Assembly (NCBI GenBank): GCA_965222155.1
Contig: CBDCTH010000012.1
Span: forward strand, 2,400,001 to 2,464,000
Length of the DNA stretch: 64,000 nucleotides
Reading direction: 5' to 3'
DNA from: Gammaproteobacteria bacterium
GTDB taxonomy: Bacteria; Pseudomonadota; Gammaproteobacteria; Eutrophobiales; Eutrophobiaceae
Shown here: piece after piece, positions 10,249-20,520 of the stretch
How positions within the stretch are numbered: position 1 is the stretch's first letter
Layout: every line of letters begins with the position of its first letter
Notes under the pieces: model-generated
What the model saw: only the letters and a program-made list of their open reading frames with translations
Told to the model about the DNA's origin: nothing
Database searches by the model: none
Program-made: the position numbers and the translations under genes

Positions 10249-10385
10249 TTTAAAGCTCCTTAAAACTGGTTTTGTTGAAGCTTGCGTATTTCACTGAATC
10301 CTGCCACCCGTTTCACGTGAAGGCTGCCACCCGGAACGCAGCAAAGCTGCCACCCCCAGGCGCGTGATGACGTGGGTGTTGGTCA

Positions 10386-11144
10386 TTATGACTCTGTTGG
10401 GGTCATCGTCGTCAATGTTTTTTTCTGTTTTCGCATGGATTCACCCTTGAGTTGTATTTTGTAAGCATTGTGCACCAGGCGGTCAAGGATGGCATCGGCG
10501 AGGGTGGGGTCGCCGATGCTGTGATGCCATTTTTCGGCCGGTAATTGACTGGTAGCGAGGGTGGAGCGTGCGCCGTGGCGGTCTTCCAGGATTTCCAGCA
10601 GGTCACGGCGCTGCTCTGCGTTCAATTTGACCAGGCCCCAGTCATCGAGGATGAGGGCCTGGGTTTTTGCCAGGGTGGTGAGGAGCTTGGGATAGCGTCC
10701 ATCGCCCTTGGCGATGGACAGGTCCTGGAGGAGTCTGGGCAGGCGCAGGTAGAGGGCGGTGTAGCCGTGCCGGCAGGCGTTGTGTGCCAGGGCACAGGCG
10801 AGCCAGGTTTTGCCGACGCCGGTGGGGCCGGTGATGAGGATATTGAGGTGTTCGCGGACCCACTGGCAGGTGGCCAGTGATTGCATCAGGGATTTATCCA
10901 GTCCGCGCGGGTGGCGATAGTCGATATCCTCCAGGGTGGCATTGTGTTTGAGGCGGGCGCATCGCAGCCGGTTGGACAGGCGTCGGTTGTCCCGTTCGGT
11001 TATCTCCCGGTCGACGAGCAGGCCGAGGCGTTCCTCGAAGCTGAGGGTATCGATATCGGGCACGGACATCTGCTCGGTGAGGGCGGCAGCCATACCGGTG
11101 CATTTCAAGGTCTGGAGTTTGTCCAGGGTGGGATGTATCAACAT
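10386..11144 (-). CDS. istB: IS21 helper ATPase
   Basis: Walker A GPTGVGKT, LILDDWG and DAILDRLVH. Confidence 0.95.
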   Translation of the reverse strand: MLIHPTLDKLQTLKCTGMAAALTEQMSVPDIDTLSFEERLGLLVDREITERDNRRLSNRLRCARLKHNATLEDIDYRHPRGLDKSLMQSLATCQWVREHLNILITGPTGVGKTWLACALAHNACRHGYTALYLRLPRLLQDLSIAKGDGRYPKLLTTLAKTQALILDDWGLVKLNAEQRRDLLEILEDRHGARSTLATSQLPAEKWHHSIGDPTLADAILDRLVHNAYKIQLKGESMRKQKKTLTTMTPTES

Positions 11145-11163
11145 AGCAGTCTCCTGTCGTGGG

Positions 11164-12705
11164 TCAGTGGTAGTAGGATGGGCCACGGATATTGTCGTGG
11201 TCATCAGGTAAGGCCGCCTCGGTCTGCTCGGCGAGGGGTTGCCGGTCCAGGCCGTGGCGGAGGATGGATTCGATACTTTTGTAACTGTGGCTGCCCAGGG
11301 TGAGGGCGCGTTGGCAGGCGGCCTCCAGCCGGTCGTCGCCGTAGGTTTTAGCCAGGCGCAGGATCCCTAAGCAACTGCGGTAGGCCTGCTGGGGGTGCTT
11401 GCGGGCAGACAGGACACGGAGGATAAGGGTTTCTGTGGCCGGCCCGACCGGCGCGGCCCAGCGGCCCAGGCGTTGCGGGGACCACTCGCCGGCCTGGCGG
11501 TGCGCCTCGGGCATGTGGGCCGGGACGGTGGTATGACGTGCCTTATGATACGAGCGTCGATGGCTGGCGATGCGCTGGCCGCGATGAAAGCATTCAATGG
11601 TGTTGGCGGTGATGCGCACGTCCAGTTGTTTTTTGATGAGCGCGTGGGGCACGGAGTAGTAATGGCCATGGACCTCGATGTGATAGTCGATATGGACCCG
11701 CGCCTGCTTCCACTCGGCGTATTCGTACGCTTCGACGGGCAGGGGCCGCAGGGCCGGTTTATCCAGTTGCTCAAACAGCGCGCGCCGGGTGCCCGGCAGT
11801 TTCTTGAAGGGCCGGTTGTTGAGCGTCTCCAGCAACGCCCGGATGGCGCGGTTCAACTCTGCCAGGGAGAAGCACTGACGCTGGCGCAGGGCGGCGAGGA
11901 TCCAGCGCTCTACCACCTGTACCGCGACCTCGGCTTTCGCTTTGTCACGGGGACGACGCACCCGTGCCGGGACAATGGCGACCCCGTAATGGGTGGCCAG
12001 GTCCTGGTAGGTGGGGTTGATGTCCGGCTCATAGCGATGCGCCTTGCTGACCCCGGCGCGTAAATTATCCGGCACCACCACTTCAGGCACACCGCCCAGG
12101 TAGGTAAAACAGCGCACGTGGGCGCCGATCCAATCTTCCAGGCCCTGGCTCCAGGTGGCCTCGGCATAGGTGTAGTTCGACGCGCCCAGCGCTGCCACAA
12201 ACACCTCTGCCTCACGGACTTCCCCGGTTGCCGGGTTGATGACCTGAGCACGCATACCGGCATAATCCACGAACAGCTTCTCACCGGCCCGGTGCTCCTG
12301 GCGCATGACCAGATCCAGCTTGCCACGCCACGTCCGATAATGCTGGCAGAACCAGGTGTACTGATAGCCTTGCGGGTGAGTCTGGCGATACTCATGCCAT
12401 AACAACTGCAAGGTGACGCCCGGGCGTTTCAACTCCCGATGAATGTGTGACCAATCGGGCACGCCGCGGGCCGCGGCGGGTACAGCTGGGGCGGGCGGAA
12501 ACAGCAGACGCTCCAGCGCCCCGTCATCCAGCGCCGCAGGCAGCGGCCAACCCAGCCCGGCCGCCTCGGCCCGGCGCAGGTACTCATCCACCGCCGGACG
12601 GGAAATGCCACAACTCCTGGCTGTCTGGCGTTTGCTCAGGCCCTGGCTCCAGCACAGGCGTAATACGTCTTTTATCTTTCTCATGGACAACCTCTTTGCA
12701 GGCAT
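11164..12705 (-). CDS. istA: IS21 DDE transposase
   Basis: N-terminal HTH, LFVDYAG, VVPDNL and KAKAEVAV. Confidence 0.95.
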   Translation of the reverse strand: MPAKRLSMRKIKDVLRLCWSQGLSKRQTARSCGISRPAVDEYLRRAEAAGLGWPLPAALDDGALERLLFPPAPAVPAAARGVPDWSHIHRELKRPGVTLQLLWHEYRQTHPQGYQYTWFCQHYRTWRGKLDLVMRQEHRAGEKLFVDYAGMRAQVINPATGEVREAEVFVAALGASNYTYAEATWSQGLEDWIGAHVRCFTYLGGVPEVVVPDNLRAGVSKAHRYEPDINPTYQDLATHYGVAIVPARVRRPRDKAKAEVAVQVVERWILAALRQRQCFSLAELNRAIRALLETLNNRPFKKLPGTRRALFEQLDKPALRPLPVEAYEYAEWKQARVHIDYHIEVHGHYYSVPHALIKKQLDVRITANTIECFHRGQRIASHRRSYHKARHTTVPAHMPEAHRQAGEWSPQRLGRWAAPVGPATETLILRVLSARKHPQQAYRSCLGILRLAKTYGDDRLEAACQRALTLGSHSYKSIESILRHGLDRQPLAEQTEAALPDDHDNIRGPSYYH

Positions 12706-12852
12706 CTGTGTTTCCTCCTTTCAGTAGAAATAAGGACACAGGATACCCTTGGTTATCCACGTCAAACGCGCCGACTATCTACCTCCTTGGGGGTGGCAGC
12801 TTTGCCGTGTAATGGGTGGCAGCTTTGCTGTGAAATACGCAAAGCTCAGAAT

Positions 12853-12933
12853 TTAACCATATGAACAACATGGTTAAGCCATTTACCGAGGAATTCTGAC
12901 TGGTTTTAACGACGCCTTTATCATTGATAATGC
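12853..12933. promoter_or_regulatory. Two palindromes in the original upstream region of the recombinase
   Basis: TTAACCAT-N9-ATGGTTAA (12853-12877) and TTATCA-T-TGATAA (12918-12930). Confidence 0.35.
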
Positions 12934-12936
12934 AAC

Positions 12937-14235
12937 TAAGGATACTGTCCTAAATTAAATTGCCATCTTCAGGTTTTTGTGTTTCAATCTCCCGATGAGA
13001 CGCAATCTTGAACTTGAAGCAACAATCGTGGAGAAGTACGCGGCGGTCGAGGCGCATCTCGATGAGCGCGGGCGTCGTATCTGGGCGGCCACGGAGTCGC
13101 GTGCCATCGGGTATGGGGGCGATGCGCTGGTGTCGGATGCGACCGGCCTGTCGCGTCCGACGGTGCGCAAGGGGCGCCGGGAGCTGGCAGCGGGTGGCGC
13201 CGCGCGCGGTCGGGTTCGCCGTCCGGGGGCGGGACGGCCGGGCATTGAGCAGTCGCAGCCGGGTATCAAGCGTGCGCTGGAGCAGCTGGTCGACCCGGTG
13301 ACGCGCGGCGACCCGCAGTCGCCGTTGCGGTGGACGTGCAAGAGTCGGGCGAAGCTTGCCGCGGCGCTGTCGCAGGCGGGCTGGACGGTGAGTTCGACGT
13401 CGGTGGGGCGGTTGTTGCACGAGCTGGGCTATCGGCTGCAATCGGTGCGCAAGAGCCGGGAAGGGACCTCACACCCGGACCGCAACGCACAGTTCGAGCA
13501 TATCAACGCGCAGGCGGGGGACTTTCTGCGGCGCGGCCAGCCGGTGGTGTCGGTCGATACCAAGAAGAAGGAATTGGTGGGGGATTTCAAGAATGCGGGC
13601 CGGGAGTGGCAGCCGCAGGGGCAGCCCGAGCAAGCGCTGGTGCATGACTTCCCGCAGGACGCGGCCGGCAAGGCGATACCCTACGGCATTTATGACATGG
13701 GCGGCAACGAAGCCTGGGTCAGTGTCGGGTGTGACCACGATACGCCGGCCTTCGCGGTGGCCTCGCTGCGGCGCTGGTGGGCGGCGATGGGCCAGCGCCG
13801 TTACCCCGAGGCGAGTGCCCTGTTCATCACCGCCGATGCGGGTGGCAGCAACGGGTATCGCGCCCGTGCGTGGAAGCACGGGCTGCAGCAGTTTGCCGAC
13901 GAGACGGGGGTGCGCATCCACGTCAGCCATTTCCCGCCTGGCACCAGCAAGTGGAACAGGATTGAGCATCGGCTGTTCTGTCACATCACGCAGAATTGGC
14001 GCGGCAAGCCGCTGCGGACCTTTGAAACCATTGTCGACTTGATTGGCAATACACGCACCGACGCAGGGCTTCGGGTCAGAGCCGAACTCGACACGGGAAA
14101 ATACCCGAAAGGCGTGACGGCGACGAACGCGGAGATGGAGGGGTTGTCACTACATCGCAATGAGTTCCACGGCGAGTGGAACTATGAATTGCACCCTCGA
14201 TAAAGTTGGAAACTTAAATTCGATCAAACCCCTTA
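12937..14235 (+). mobile_element. ISAzo13-family insertion sequence
   Basis: Imperfect ~30-bp IRs beginning TAAGG and ending CCTTA around an ISAzo13 transposase. Boundaries are approximate. Confidence 0.8.
12995..14203 (+). CDS. ISAzo13 transposase
   Basis: TRGDPQSPLRWTCKS, VSVDTKKKE, DAGGSN, SKWNRIEHR and FHGEWNY. Confidence 0.93.
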   Translation: MRRNLELEATIVEKYAAVEAHLDERGRRIWAATESRAIGYGGDALVSDATGLSRPTVRKGRRELAAGGAARGRVRRPGAGRPGIEQSQPGIKRALEQLVDPVTRGDPQSPLRWTCKSRAKLAAALSQAGWTVSSTSVGRLLHELGYRLQSVRKSREGTSHPDRNAQFEHINAQAGDFLRRGQPVVSVDTKKKELVGDFKNAGREWQPQGQPEQALVHDFPQDAAGKAIPYGIYDMGGNEAWVSVGCDHDTPAFAVASLRRWWAAMGQRRYPEASALFITADAGGSNGYRARAWKHGLQQFADETGVRIHVSHFPPGTSKWNRIEHRLFCHITQNWRGKPLRTFETIVDLIGNTRTDAGLRVRAELDTGKYPKGVTATNAEMEGLSLHRNEFHGEWNYELHPR

Positions 14236-15062
14236 GGAATCAGGTCATCATACGGAACCGGGCAGGGAGCAAACCGGTTGGCCGGGTCCTGTAAACCGAC
14301 ATTCTTGTAGGGCTCCGGGTTGCTGCGTGAGATACCGCCGTGGACGTTCAACAGCAGGTCCAGGCTTGCGTCGGGTTGAATGCGAAACTGGCCCCGGATT
14401 GCCTGACGCTGGTAATTGCCTGTGTGCTTGCCCAGTGTGTGGTTGTCAAACGCCCCATCCCTGATATTGCTGGAAAAAGCGATGCGCGCCGCCGCGTTAT
14501 CACCCAGGGCAATACCGCCGCCGGCCTCCACGTCGAATTGATCATAACGGCCGTAACCTGCTTCGATATAACCGTTCAGCCCTTCATCCACATTCGGTTT
14601 GCGGCTGATGTAGTTCACTGCGCCGCCCGTGGTATTGCGCCCGAACAGCGTATTCTGGGGACCGCGCAAGACTTCCACCCGTTCCATATCAAAGGTATTG
14701 AAAGTCACCGCGAAAGGGGAATTCAATGCAACGTCATCGAGGTAGACGCCTACCGCACCGACCACGTTCAGGTGGAAATCCGCGGTGCCCACGCCACGGA
14801 TATAGTAGTTTATTTTGGAACCCCCCTGCGGCAGAATCGCTGCGTTGGGCACATGCAGCATGATGTCTTCGGCGCTTTGTATTCCCAGTTCATCAAGGTT
14901 TTCACCGGTAAACGCCTGCACGGAGATGGGTACGTCCTGCAGGGATTCAGCCCGCTTCTGGGCCGTCACAACGATCTCTTCAATCTGTGCAGTGACAAGC
15001 GACGGATTGAGAAAGATGAAAAAAACAGCAATCAGTGTCCGAGTTATGAGTTTATTTTTCAC
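14214..15062 (-). pseudogene. TonB-dependent receptor, truncated by ISAzo13
   Basis: Signal peptide, IEEIVVTAQKR TonB box and plug motif ERVEVLRGPQNTLFGRNTTGGAVN. Only about 275 codons precede the IS end. GGAGG RBS before GTG 15062. Confidence 0.88.
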
Positions 15063-15189
15063 TGGTATTCCTCCACTTTTTTGTGGTGCCAACATACTCT
15101 GGCCAGTAGTCCAGATATGGATTATTCGTATATCAATCGAACATTTTATATTATTGACGATCAAAAAGCATATTCAGGCGCAACATTTC

Positions 15190-15300
15190 CAGCCGTTCCC
15201 GCTAACTTCCGGGATCGAGGGCATCTTGCCCGCGCCGAGGGCGGGATGCCCTTCTTGCCGGATTCGAAGACAGAGGGGACAGATTTAAATCTGTCCCCCA
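15190..15300. repeat. Mosaic REP/MITE-like repeat
   Basis: CAGCCGTTCCCGCTAACTTCCGGGATC (cf. 32110), GAGGGCATC...GATGCCCT hairpin (cf. 27747) and the palindrome GGGGACAGATTTAAATCTGTCCCC (cf. 32162, 62041). Confidence 0.7.
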
Positions 15301-15333
15301 GGAGTCACGGGCATTTTCCCCTGTTCGTACCTG

Positions 15334-16914
15334 TTAAAACAACCCGGAATTTATATCCCTGTGAGGATATTTCCGTATTAATCCCATGTGCGACCCTACC
15401 ATGCGTTGAAATGGCACGACAGCCCACAGGTGGTTATACATCGCACCGAATTTTTCAGCCGGGTCGCGAGCGATGTTGTACAGTTCATAATTGGGCAAGC
15501 CTCCCTTGGAACCGGGAATGACATGCAGTTTATGGTCTTCCATTCGGACGGCCTTGAGGTCCTTGCCGCTGTAGTAGAACATGTAATTCCTGCGCCCGTG
15601 GCCTTCGCCGTTAAGCAGCAAGGGTAACTGGTCGATGCCGTCAATAACCCGGTCTGAAGGAATTCTGTCTTCTACGCCGGCGACCCTTGCGGCAGTGACA
15701 AAGAGGTCGGTCACCGAGATCATGTCAAGCGGTTGTTGTCCCGGTTCAATCATACCGGGCCATACCGCAAACCCGGGTGTGCGCACACCACCTTCATAGA
15801 CCTCACCCTTTGCGCCGCGCAGCCAGGAATAACCGGCACTGGGCCAGAAAGTATACATGGGGCCGTTATCGCTCACCCAGATTATCAGCGTATTCTCTTC
15901 GATGTCGGCCTGTTTTACCGTATCGAGCAACTGCTGGATGTAGTCATCGTGCTGGGCCAGTTCCGCCGACTGGTTATTTCGGTAGTCAAGCCCCTCCTGG
16001 AAACGGTATTCCCTGGGCGATGATGCCATCTGCTGGGCATAACTCGCCCAGTACAGGAAGAAGGGTTTGTCTGATTTAGCCTTCTCCCTGATATATTCCT
16101 TTATCTTGATGATGGACTGCTCCTCCATTTCCACCATGGATTCGGCCGACATGGGGGCAACTTCCCGGCGGCCTTTGCCTTTGAGCCCTTCCAGCGCGCC
16201 CAGGATCTCTATACCGTATTTCTCGCGGTAGTCCTCGAAGGTACCGGGGAAATCATAAAAATGGCCGACGCCATCCACGGTCTGTCCTTTGTAAAACGCG
16301 TCCTGGTTGACCCAGGAATAGATGGCGCCGTTGTAAAGGCCGTAATAGGCATAATCAAAGCCCTGGTTCTCCGGCGCATGGGGTTCCAGGTCACCCACGT
16401 GCCATTTGCCGAACATGGCGGTGTGGTAACCGGCAGCGGACAGCATTTCGGCGACGGTCACTTCCTCCGGCGCCAGTCCCTGTGTTTGTCCGGGCCAGAG
16501 CACGATATCGACACCGGTACGCACCGGATGGCGTCCGGTCAACAGTGCAAGCCGCGTAGGGGTGCAGGACGGCTCGGAATAATGCGCCAGGAACTGCATC
16601 CCCTGTTTCGCCATATTGTCCAGGTTAGGGGTGGGTGTCCCACGCAGTTTGCCGCCCAGGTAGGAACCCAGCTCACCCCATCCTATATCGTCGGCAAGCA
16701 CATAAATAATGTTGGGTTTTTTACCGTGGCGTTTTTCCAGTTGTGCCAACCTGGCGTCTATGGCCTTGTCTTCTTTTGCCCAGCTCTCGGCATTTTCCTG
16801 TAACGCCTTTTGATATGGCGCGTCAGGCTGGTAGGCATTTGTTGTGCTCACTGCGAGAACAGACAGCAGGAATATGGACAACCTTGTGATGTATTGCTTA
16901 TTGACGTGATACAT
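15334..16914 (-). CDS. Exported arylsulfatase (formylglycine-dependent, Cys type)
   Basis: Signal peptide, KPNIIYVLADDIG, SCTPTR (CxPxR), GKWHVG, SDNGP and GAKGEVYEGGVR. Confidence 0.92.
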   Translation of the reverse strand: MYHVNKQYITRLSIFLLSVLAVSTTNAYQPDAPYQKALQENAESWAKEDKAIDARLAQLEKRHGKKPNIIYVLADDIGWGELGSYLGGKLRGTPTPNLDNMAKQGMQFLAHYSEPSCTPTRLALLTGRHPVRTGVDIVLWPGQTQGLAPEEVTVAEMLSAAGYHTAMFGKWHVGDLEPHAPENQGFDYAYYGLYNGAIYSWVNQDAFYKGQTVDGVGHFYDFPGTFEDYREKYGIEILGALEGLKGKGRREVAPMSAESMVEMEEQSIIKIKEYIREKAKSDKPFFLYWASYAQQMASSPREYRFQEGLDYRNNQSAELAQHDDYIQQLLDTVKQADIEENTLIIWVSDNGPMYTFWPSAGYSWLRGAKGEVYEGGVRTPGFAVWPGMIEPGQQPLDMISVTDLFVTAARVAGVEDRIPSDRVIDGIDQLPLLLNGEGHGRRNYMFYYSGKDLKAVRMEDHKLHVIPGSKGGLPNYELYNIARDPAEKFGAMYNHLWAVVPFQRMVGSHMGLIRKYPHRDINSGLF

Positions 16915-17006
16915 ATTTACCCCCGAATAAAGTCTGACATTCCCATTGAGCTAATCATAGTTTATCACTACATAGCCGGTATAAATGCAGGCTGGAAAGA
17001 CTGAGT

Positions 17007-17372
17007 TTATAAACTCTTTGCCGTGGCGATTCCTAAGTAGCAGGCAAGCAGGCACAATATGATTGAAAGAGTGATATTCAAAAACCCTCTGCCCGCTGAG
17101 CCGTTTTGTATGAGATGCAATGTTTCCAGAGAAAATGCTGAAAATGTCGTAAACCCGCCCAATATTCCTATCACCAGAAACAGGCGCAGGGAATCGTCTA
17201 TCATCGGGTTTTGCATATACGCAAAGGCAAAACCGATTAGAAAAGAGCCGCTTGCATTGACTATAAGTGTCCCAAACGGAAAACCGGCAAAGGGGACTAG
17301 GCGGAAGGTAAGATAGCGCAGCACCGAGCCGAGCGCTCCACCAATTGCTATATGTACCAGGTTGGAAATCAT
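17007..17372 (-). CDS. crcB: Fluoride efflux channel Fluc/CrcB
   Basis: IGGALGSVLRY, PFGTLIVN and GILGGFTTFSAF. Confidence 0.95.
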   Translation of the reverse strand: MISNLVHIAIGGALGSVLRYLTFRLVPFAGFPFGTLIVNASGSFLIGFAFAYMQNPMIDDSLRLFLVIGILGGFTTFSAFSLETLHLIQNGSAGRGFLNITLSIILCLLACYLGIATAKSL

Positions 17373-17496
17373 GAGTGTGTGCAATTCTAACGTAGTTTGC
17401 CTGACGCGTGTTTGTCATTGCCCGCAATATCGTTTACAGTCAGGACATAAGACTTCATGAATTAACATTCGAGCTATTCCGAGGGAACCATATATC

Positions 17497-18189
17497 ATGT
17501 CTATCGCTCATTTTCTTATATTTATCACCGACCCGTCGGCTGCAAATGATACCCACGAACGCTTCCCCGAACAGGAAATATCGGCCCTCGCGACCATCTC
17601 CGGCGTTGAGCGGGTCGATCGTTATGAACCCACGCTGTTTGAGGACGACCCTTATGATGATGACCGCCAGGATCAGGTGCTCACCATACAAACCAGTTAC
17701 CGCGACATCACCAGTCTTGAACAGGGCCTGGCTTCGGCTGAATTTCAACGCCTGGTAAAAGCTGTCGCCGCCGGCTCAGTTTATAAATTAAGCCACGATG
17801 CCATGGGCATGGTGTTTTATCCGGTTGCGGATGAAAGTGAACCGAGAGAGTTGACCGCACCGATCTCTTACGTGGTCCGCTACCATTACCCGGCAAACGA
17901 CGTTGAGCGGTTTATTGATCACTACACCAGCCATCATCCGCAAATCGAAACAAGGTTTCCCCGTATCACCAACATTATGTGTTACCTGCCGATCAAATGG
18001 CATGACCCCACCGATTTGCCGTACCTGGGCTACATGCTCGGCAATGAAGTCGTGTTCGAGTCCGTGGAGGACCTGGGTAATGCCTTGACGTCACCGGTAA
18101 TGGAGGACATGGGTGCAGACTTTCAGCAGTTCCCCCCGTTCCAGGGACATGATACGCATTATCCCATGCACAGGAGACGCGTTATTTGA
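17497..18189 (+). CDS. EthD-like dimeric alpha-beta barrel protein
   Basis: VERFIDHYTSHHP and EVVFESVEDLGNALTSP. Appears to have two tandem domains. Confidence 0.6.
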   Translation: MSIAHFLIFITDPSAANDTHERFPEQEISALATISGVERVDRYEPTLFEDDPYDDDRQDQVLTIQTSYRDITSLEQGLASAEFQRLVKAVAAGSVYKLSHDAMGMVFYPVADESEPRELTAPISYVVRYHYPANDVERFIDHYTSHHPQIETRFPRITNIMCYLPIKWHDPTDLPYLGYMLGNEVVFESVEDLGNALTSPVMEDMGADFQQFPPFQGHDTHYPMHRRRVI

Positions 18190-18223
18190 GTGGCATTTGA
18201 GGGTTGCGAATGTAACTGAACAG

Positions 18224-19081
18224 CTATGCAGCCAGTACCCTGTCAAGTATGTGCTGTGCCGCAGTTTGTGCGGAGTTTACCTGAGTAACAGCAATATCCC
18301 GACGTTCGGCCTCATCTCTTAGCTCTTCAACCGCCTCCGTAACAAGACCCCGTTTGGGGTGGTCCTGTGCCACGCTTACGCCAGCAAGCAATTCCCTCAC
18401 TTCGGGCTTGAACAAATAATTCGGTGCATCAGCAAGTAAATTGAGTGACCATAATTTCGCGCGTGCATCCTCCAGTTGCCTTTTGAGATTGCCGGGTGTC
18501 AGCGAAGTCAGGTTGGCCGCGAATGATGGATTCAGGAATGTAAACAATGCAGGCATATCGTGATTACCAAGATAAACGCGCACATTGAAATTGTGTTCCA
18601 GTTGCGTATTCGCGCGCAGAATGATTGATTTTACTTGAGCATCCCATTTACGGAAACCTTCGTCTGTTGGTCGCTTGGCTTGGTTATCCAACGTCTCACT
18701 GTAAAGAAAAGAAGCAAACGGCGCGGCAAAGCTGATAAGTTCATCCAAAGATGAAATTTCAACATCTTGCACCTTGCCCAGATATATACCATCCAGAGGG
18801 GGTTCCCAAGCGTTCAGGTTTTGATTGGAACTGAGAAATGCCTCGCAACTGGAAATTGTGACAGACACAACACCCTTTACAAAACCGCATTCTCCTTGAA
18901 ACACTGTTTTTAGCGCCTTAGGGTTGATAGTCGCTTGACAACGGTAGTCACCCTCAGCATTGACGGCCGCAACAGCAATGGTCAGGCGTTCCTCCGACCC
19001 AGGTAGGGGTTCGAACAAAACCGGCGCCCAAGAGGCTCCCGGAGATTTAGGCTTTAGAGCACACACATTATCCGTCTTCAT
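18224..19081 (-). CDS. Uncharacterised partner of the HipA-like kinase (DUF3037-like N-terminus)
   Basis: WAPVLFEPLPGSEERLTIAVAA resembles the DUF3037 N-terminal motif. Overlaps the kinase stop by 14 nt. Confidence 0.55.
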   Translation of the reverse strand: MKTDNVCALKPKSPGASWAPVLFEPLPGSEERLTIAVAAVNAEGDYRCQATINPKALKTVFQGECGFVKGVVSVTISSCEAFLSSNQNLNAWEPPLDGIYLGKVQDVEISSLDELISFAAPFASFLYSETLDNQAKRPTDEGFRKWDAQVKSIILRANTQLEHNFNVRVYLGNHDMPALFTFLNPSFAANLTSLTPGNLKRQLEDARAKLWSLNLLADAPNYLFKPEVRELLAGVSVAQDHPKRGLVTEAVEELRDEAERRDIAVTQVNSAQTAAQHILDRVLAA

Positions 19082-19838
19082 CTTTGATATCCCATAAGAT
19101 TTGGCCTTGACTCGTTCTGAACACTGTGTCGATCAATTGAGGCAGATATTCGACTCGGTCACGTAGTAATTGACAACAATTCCAGAATTCAGGATTAGCG
19201 CTCCACCCATCCGGCAGCCCGGCAATTGCAATCTGTGCAAAGTCAACGTTGGCGAAATGTCCTATCTTCTGTTTTACTTTTTCAGCAAGTTTATCACTGC
19301 TTACTTGTTCATTTCGCGCTAGCCATAGTTCAGCAAATTTATTTCGATACCGGGTCTCAGGTTGCATATCCTGCGGCAACGCCTCACCATGATCAATCAG
19401 TGAATATCAATTACGACCTTCAAAGAGCAAGTTAGTCATTGTCCTATCCTGGTTGCCAATCCAAGTATCGAAACCAATGGATGGCAGGAAGTGAGCCCAT
19501 TTCATCAACTCGGTGGTTTGCACAAGGTTGCTGCGGGCTGCGCGGGCGTAGGAGCTTGCTCCCGAATAATGCGTGGCGAACCAGTAGCGGTCTACGGAAG
19601 TATTCTCAAGTTGTGCCTGTTCATATTCCACAACGAAGCACTCTGGAACGGGAATCTCAACAGCCTGAGCCAATAGATTGCATACTACCTCACGAATCAG
19701 TTCGTAACGAGGCAACCTTTTTGCGATAACGGGAACGCCGCTGTCAGTCCAACCTTGCGCTAACATACGACTGTTTCTGTCAGGACTAGACAGGTTTTTG
19801 ACAAGCGTAAATGAGCCGACGCGGACCGGAGTGAGCAT
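19068..19838 (-). pseudogene. HipA-like (HipA_2 type) kinase with one in-frame TGA
   Basis: VIAK, LIREVVCNLLAQAVEIPVP and FDTWIGNQDRTMTNLL, then TGA at 19409-19407, then in-frame YSLIDHGEA running into ORF 19068..19379. Confidence 0.8.
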
Positions 19839-20069
19839 AGTCGTTCAGTCTAGTGGATATATCCCGTAAAGTCTAAAAATCATGTACTGTGTTAACGTAA
19901 CGGATATTGTAGGAAGGAATTTTCTTTTTCAACCCTACACCACTAATTTGTTCAGGCACCTCACAGGCACCATTTTGTTTGCAAGCTCAAGATAGAACTC
20001 AGTGGTCAGAAGTTTACTAAGCTTGTTATGATGACATAAAAATCTTTAACGATGGAGGCACTGGCACAC

Positions 20070-20291
20070 ATGCCGACACGCAGAACCACGTATAAATACC
20101 ATTTTAAGACAGGTAATAAAATCGTTCATACTGGTACTACCAACGACATTGACCGGCGTGAACTGGAACATCAGCAGAAACCCGGTTGGGAAGATGGGCA
20201 CATTTTTCAAGTTGGCTTCCGCACTACCCGTGAGGCGGCTTTAGCGTGGGAAAATGAACAGCGTCGGAAAGGCAAACCTACAGGACCCTAG
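20070..20291 (+). CDS. Minimal GIY-YIG-like protein
   Basis: TYKY...IVHTGTTNDIDRRELEHQ...REAALAWE fits the GIY-YIG pattern. GGAGG RBS present. Confidence 0.55.
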   Translation: MPTRRTTYKYHFKTGNKIVHTGTTNDIDRRELEHQQKPGWEDGHIFQVGFRTTREAALAWENEQRRKGKPTGP

Positions 20292-20360
20292 CCCGGTTTC
20301 AAACCGAGCAGGAATGCCGGAATTAAACCACTTGTTGCGCTTATGACGTGAAGTTACCTC

Positions 20361-20519
20361 TCATCTTACTTCTTCAAACTGGTTTATTTTAACTTTCCCG
20401 TCAGGGAACGTTGCGGTGATCTCCAACTGCCCTCCCATTGCCTCGATATAGTTGCGCAGGGTCTGTATGTACATATCTGTACGACGCTCCAGCTTTGAAA
20501 CACTGGCCTGTTTTATTCC
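20361..20519 (-). pseudogene. C-terminal remnant of an XRE/HigA-type antitoxin
   Basis: Manual translation GIKQASVSKLERRTDMYIQTLRNYIEAMGGQLEITATFPDG. The 5' part is missing. Confidence 0.75.
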
Positions 20520-20520
20520 T

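Larger units (their letters stand above)
10283..12841 (-). mobile_element. IS21-family insertion sequence, intact
   Basis: TG...CA ends (TGCGTATTTCAC / GTGAAATACGCA), internal CTGCCACCC repeats at both ends, and a 5-bp TSD AAGCT (10278-10282, 12842-12846). Confidence 0.95.

Noticed and set aside
10283-10360. Iteron-like CTGCCACCC repeats
   Set aside because: They are explained as the normal multiple terminal repeats of IS21.
14340-15521. Long 393-aa plus-strand ORF and similar antisense ORFs over IS and GC-rich genes
   Set aside because: These are shadow frames of well-supported genes on the opposite strand, with no motifs of their own.
17373-17496. Fluoride riboswitch upstream of crcB
   Set aside because: Only a GGCAATGA similarity is present; the pairing and pseudoknot elements could not be found.
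19407-19409. Selenocysteine readthrough of the kinase TGA
   Set aside because: This is not a Cys-type catalytic position and I see no convincing SECIS hairpin downstream.
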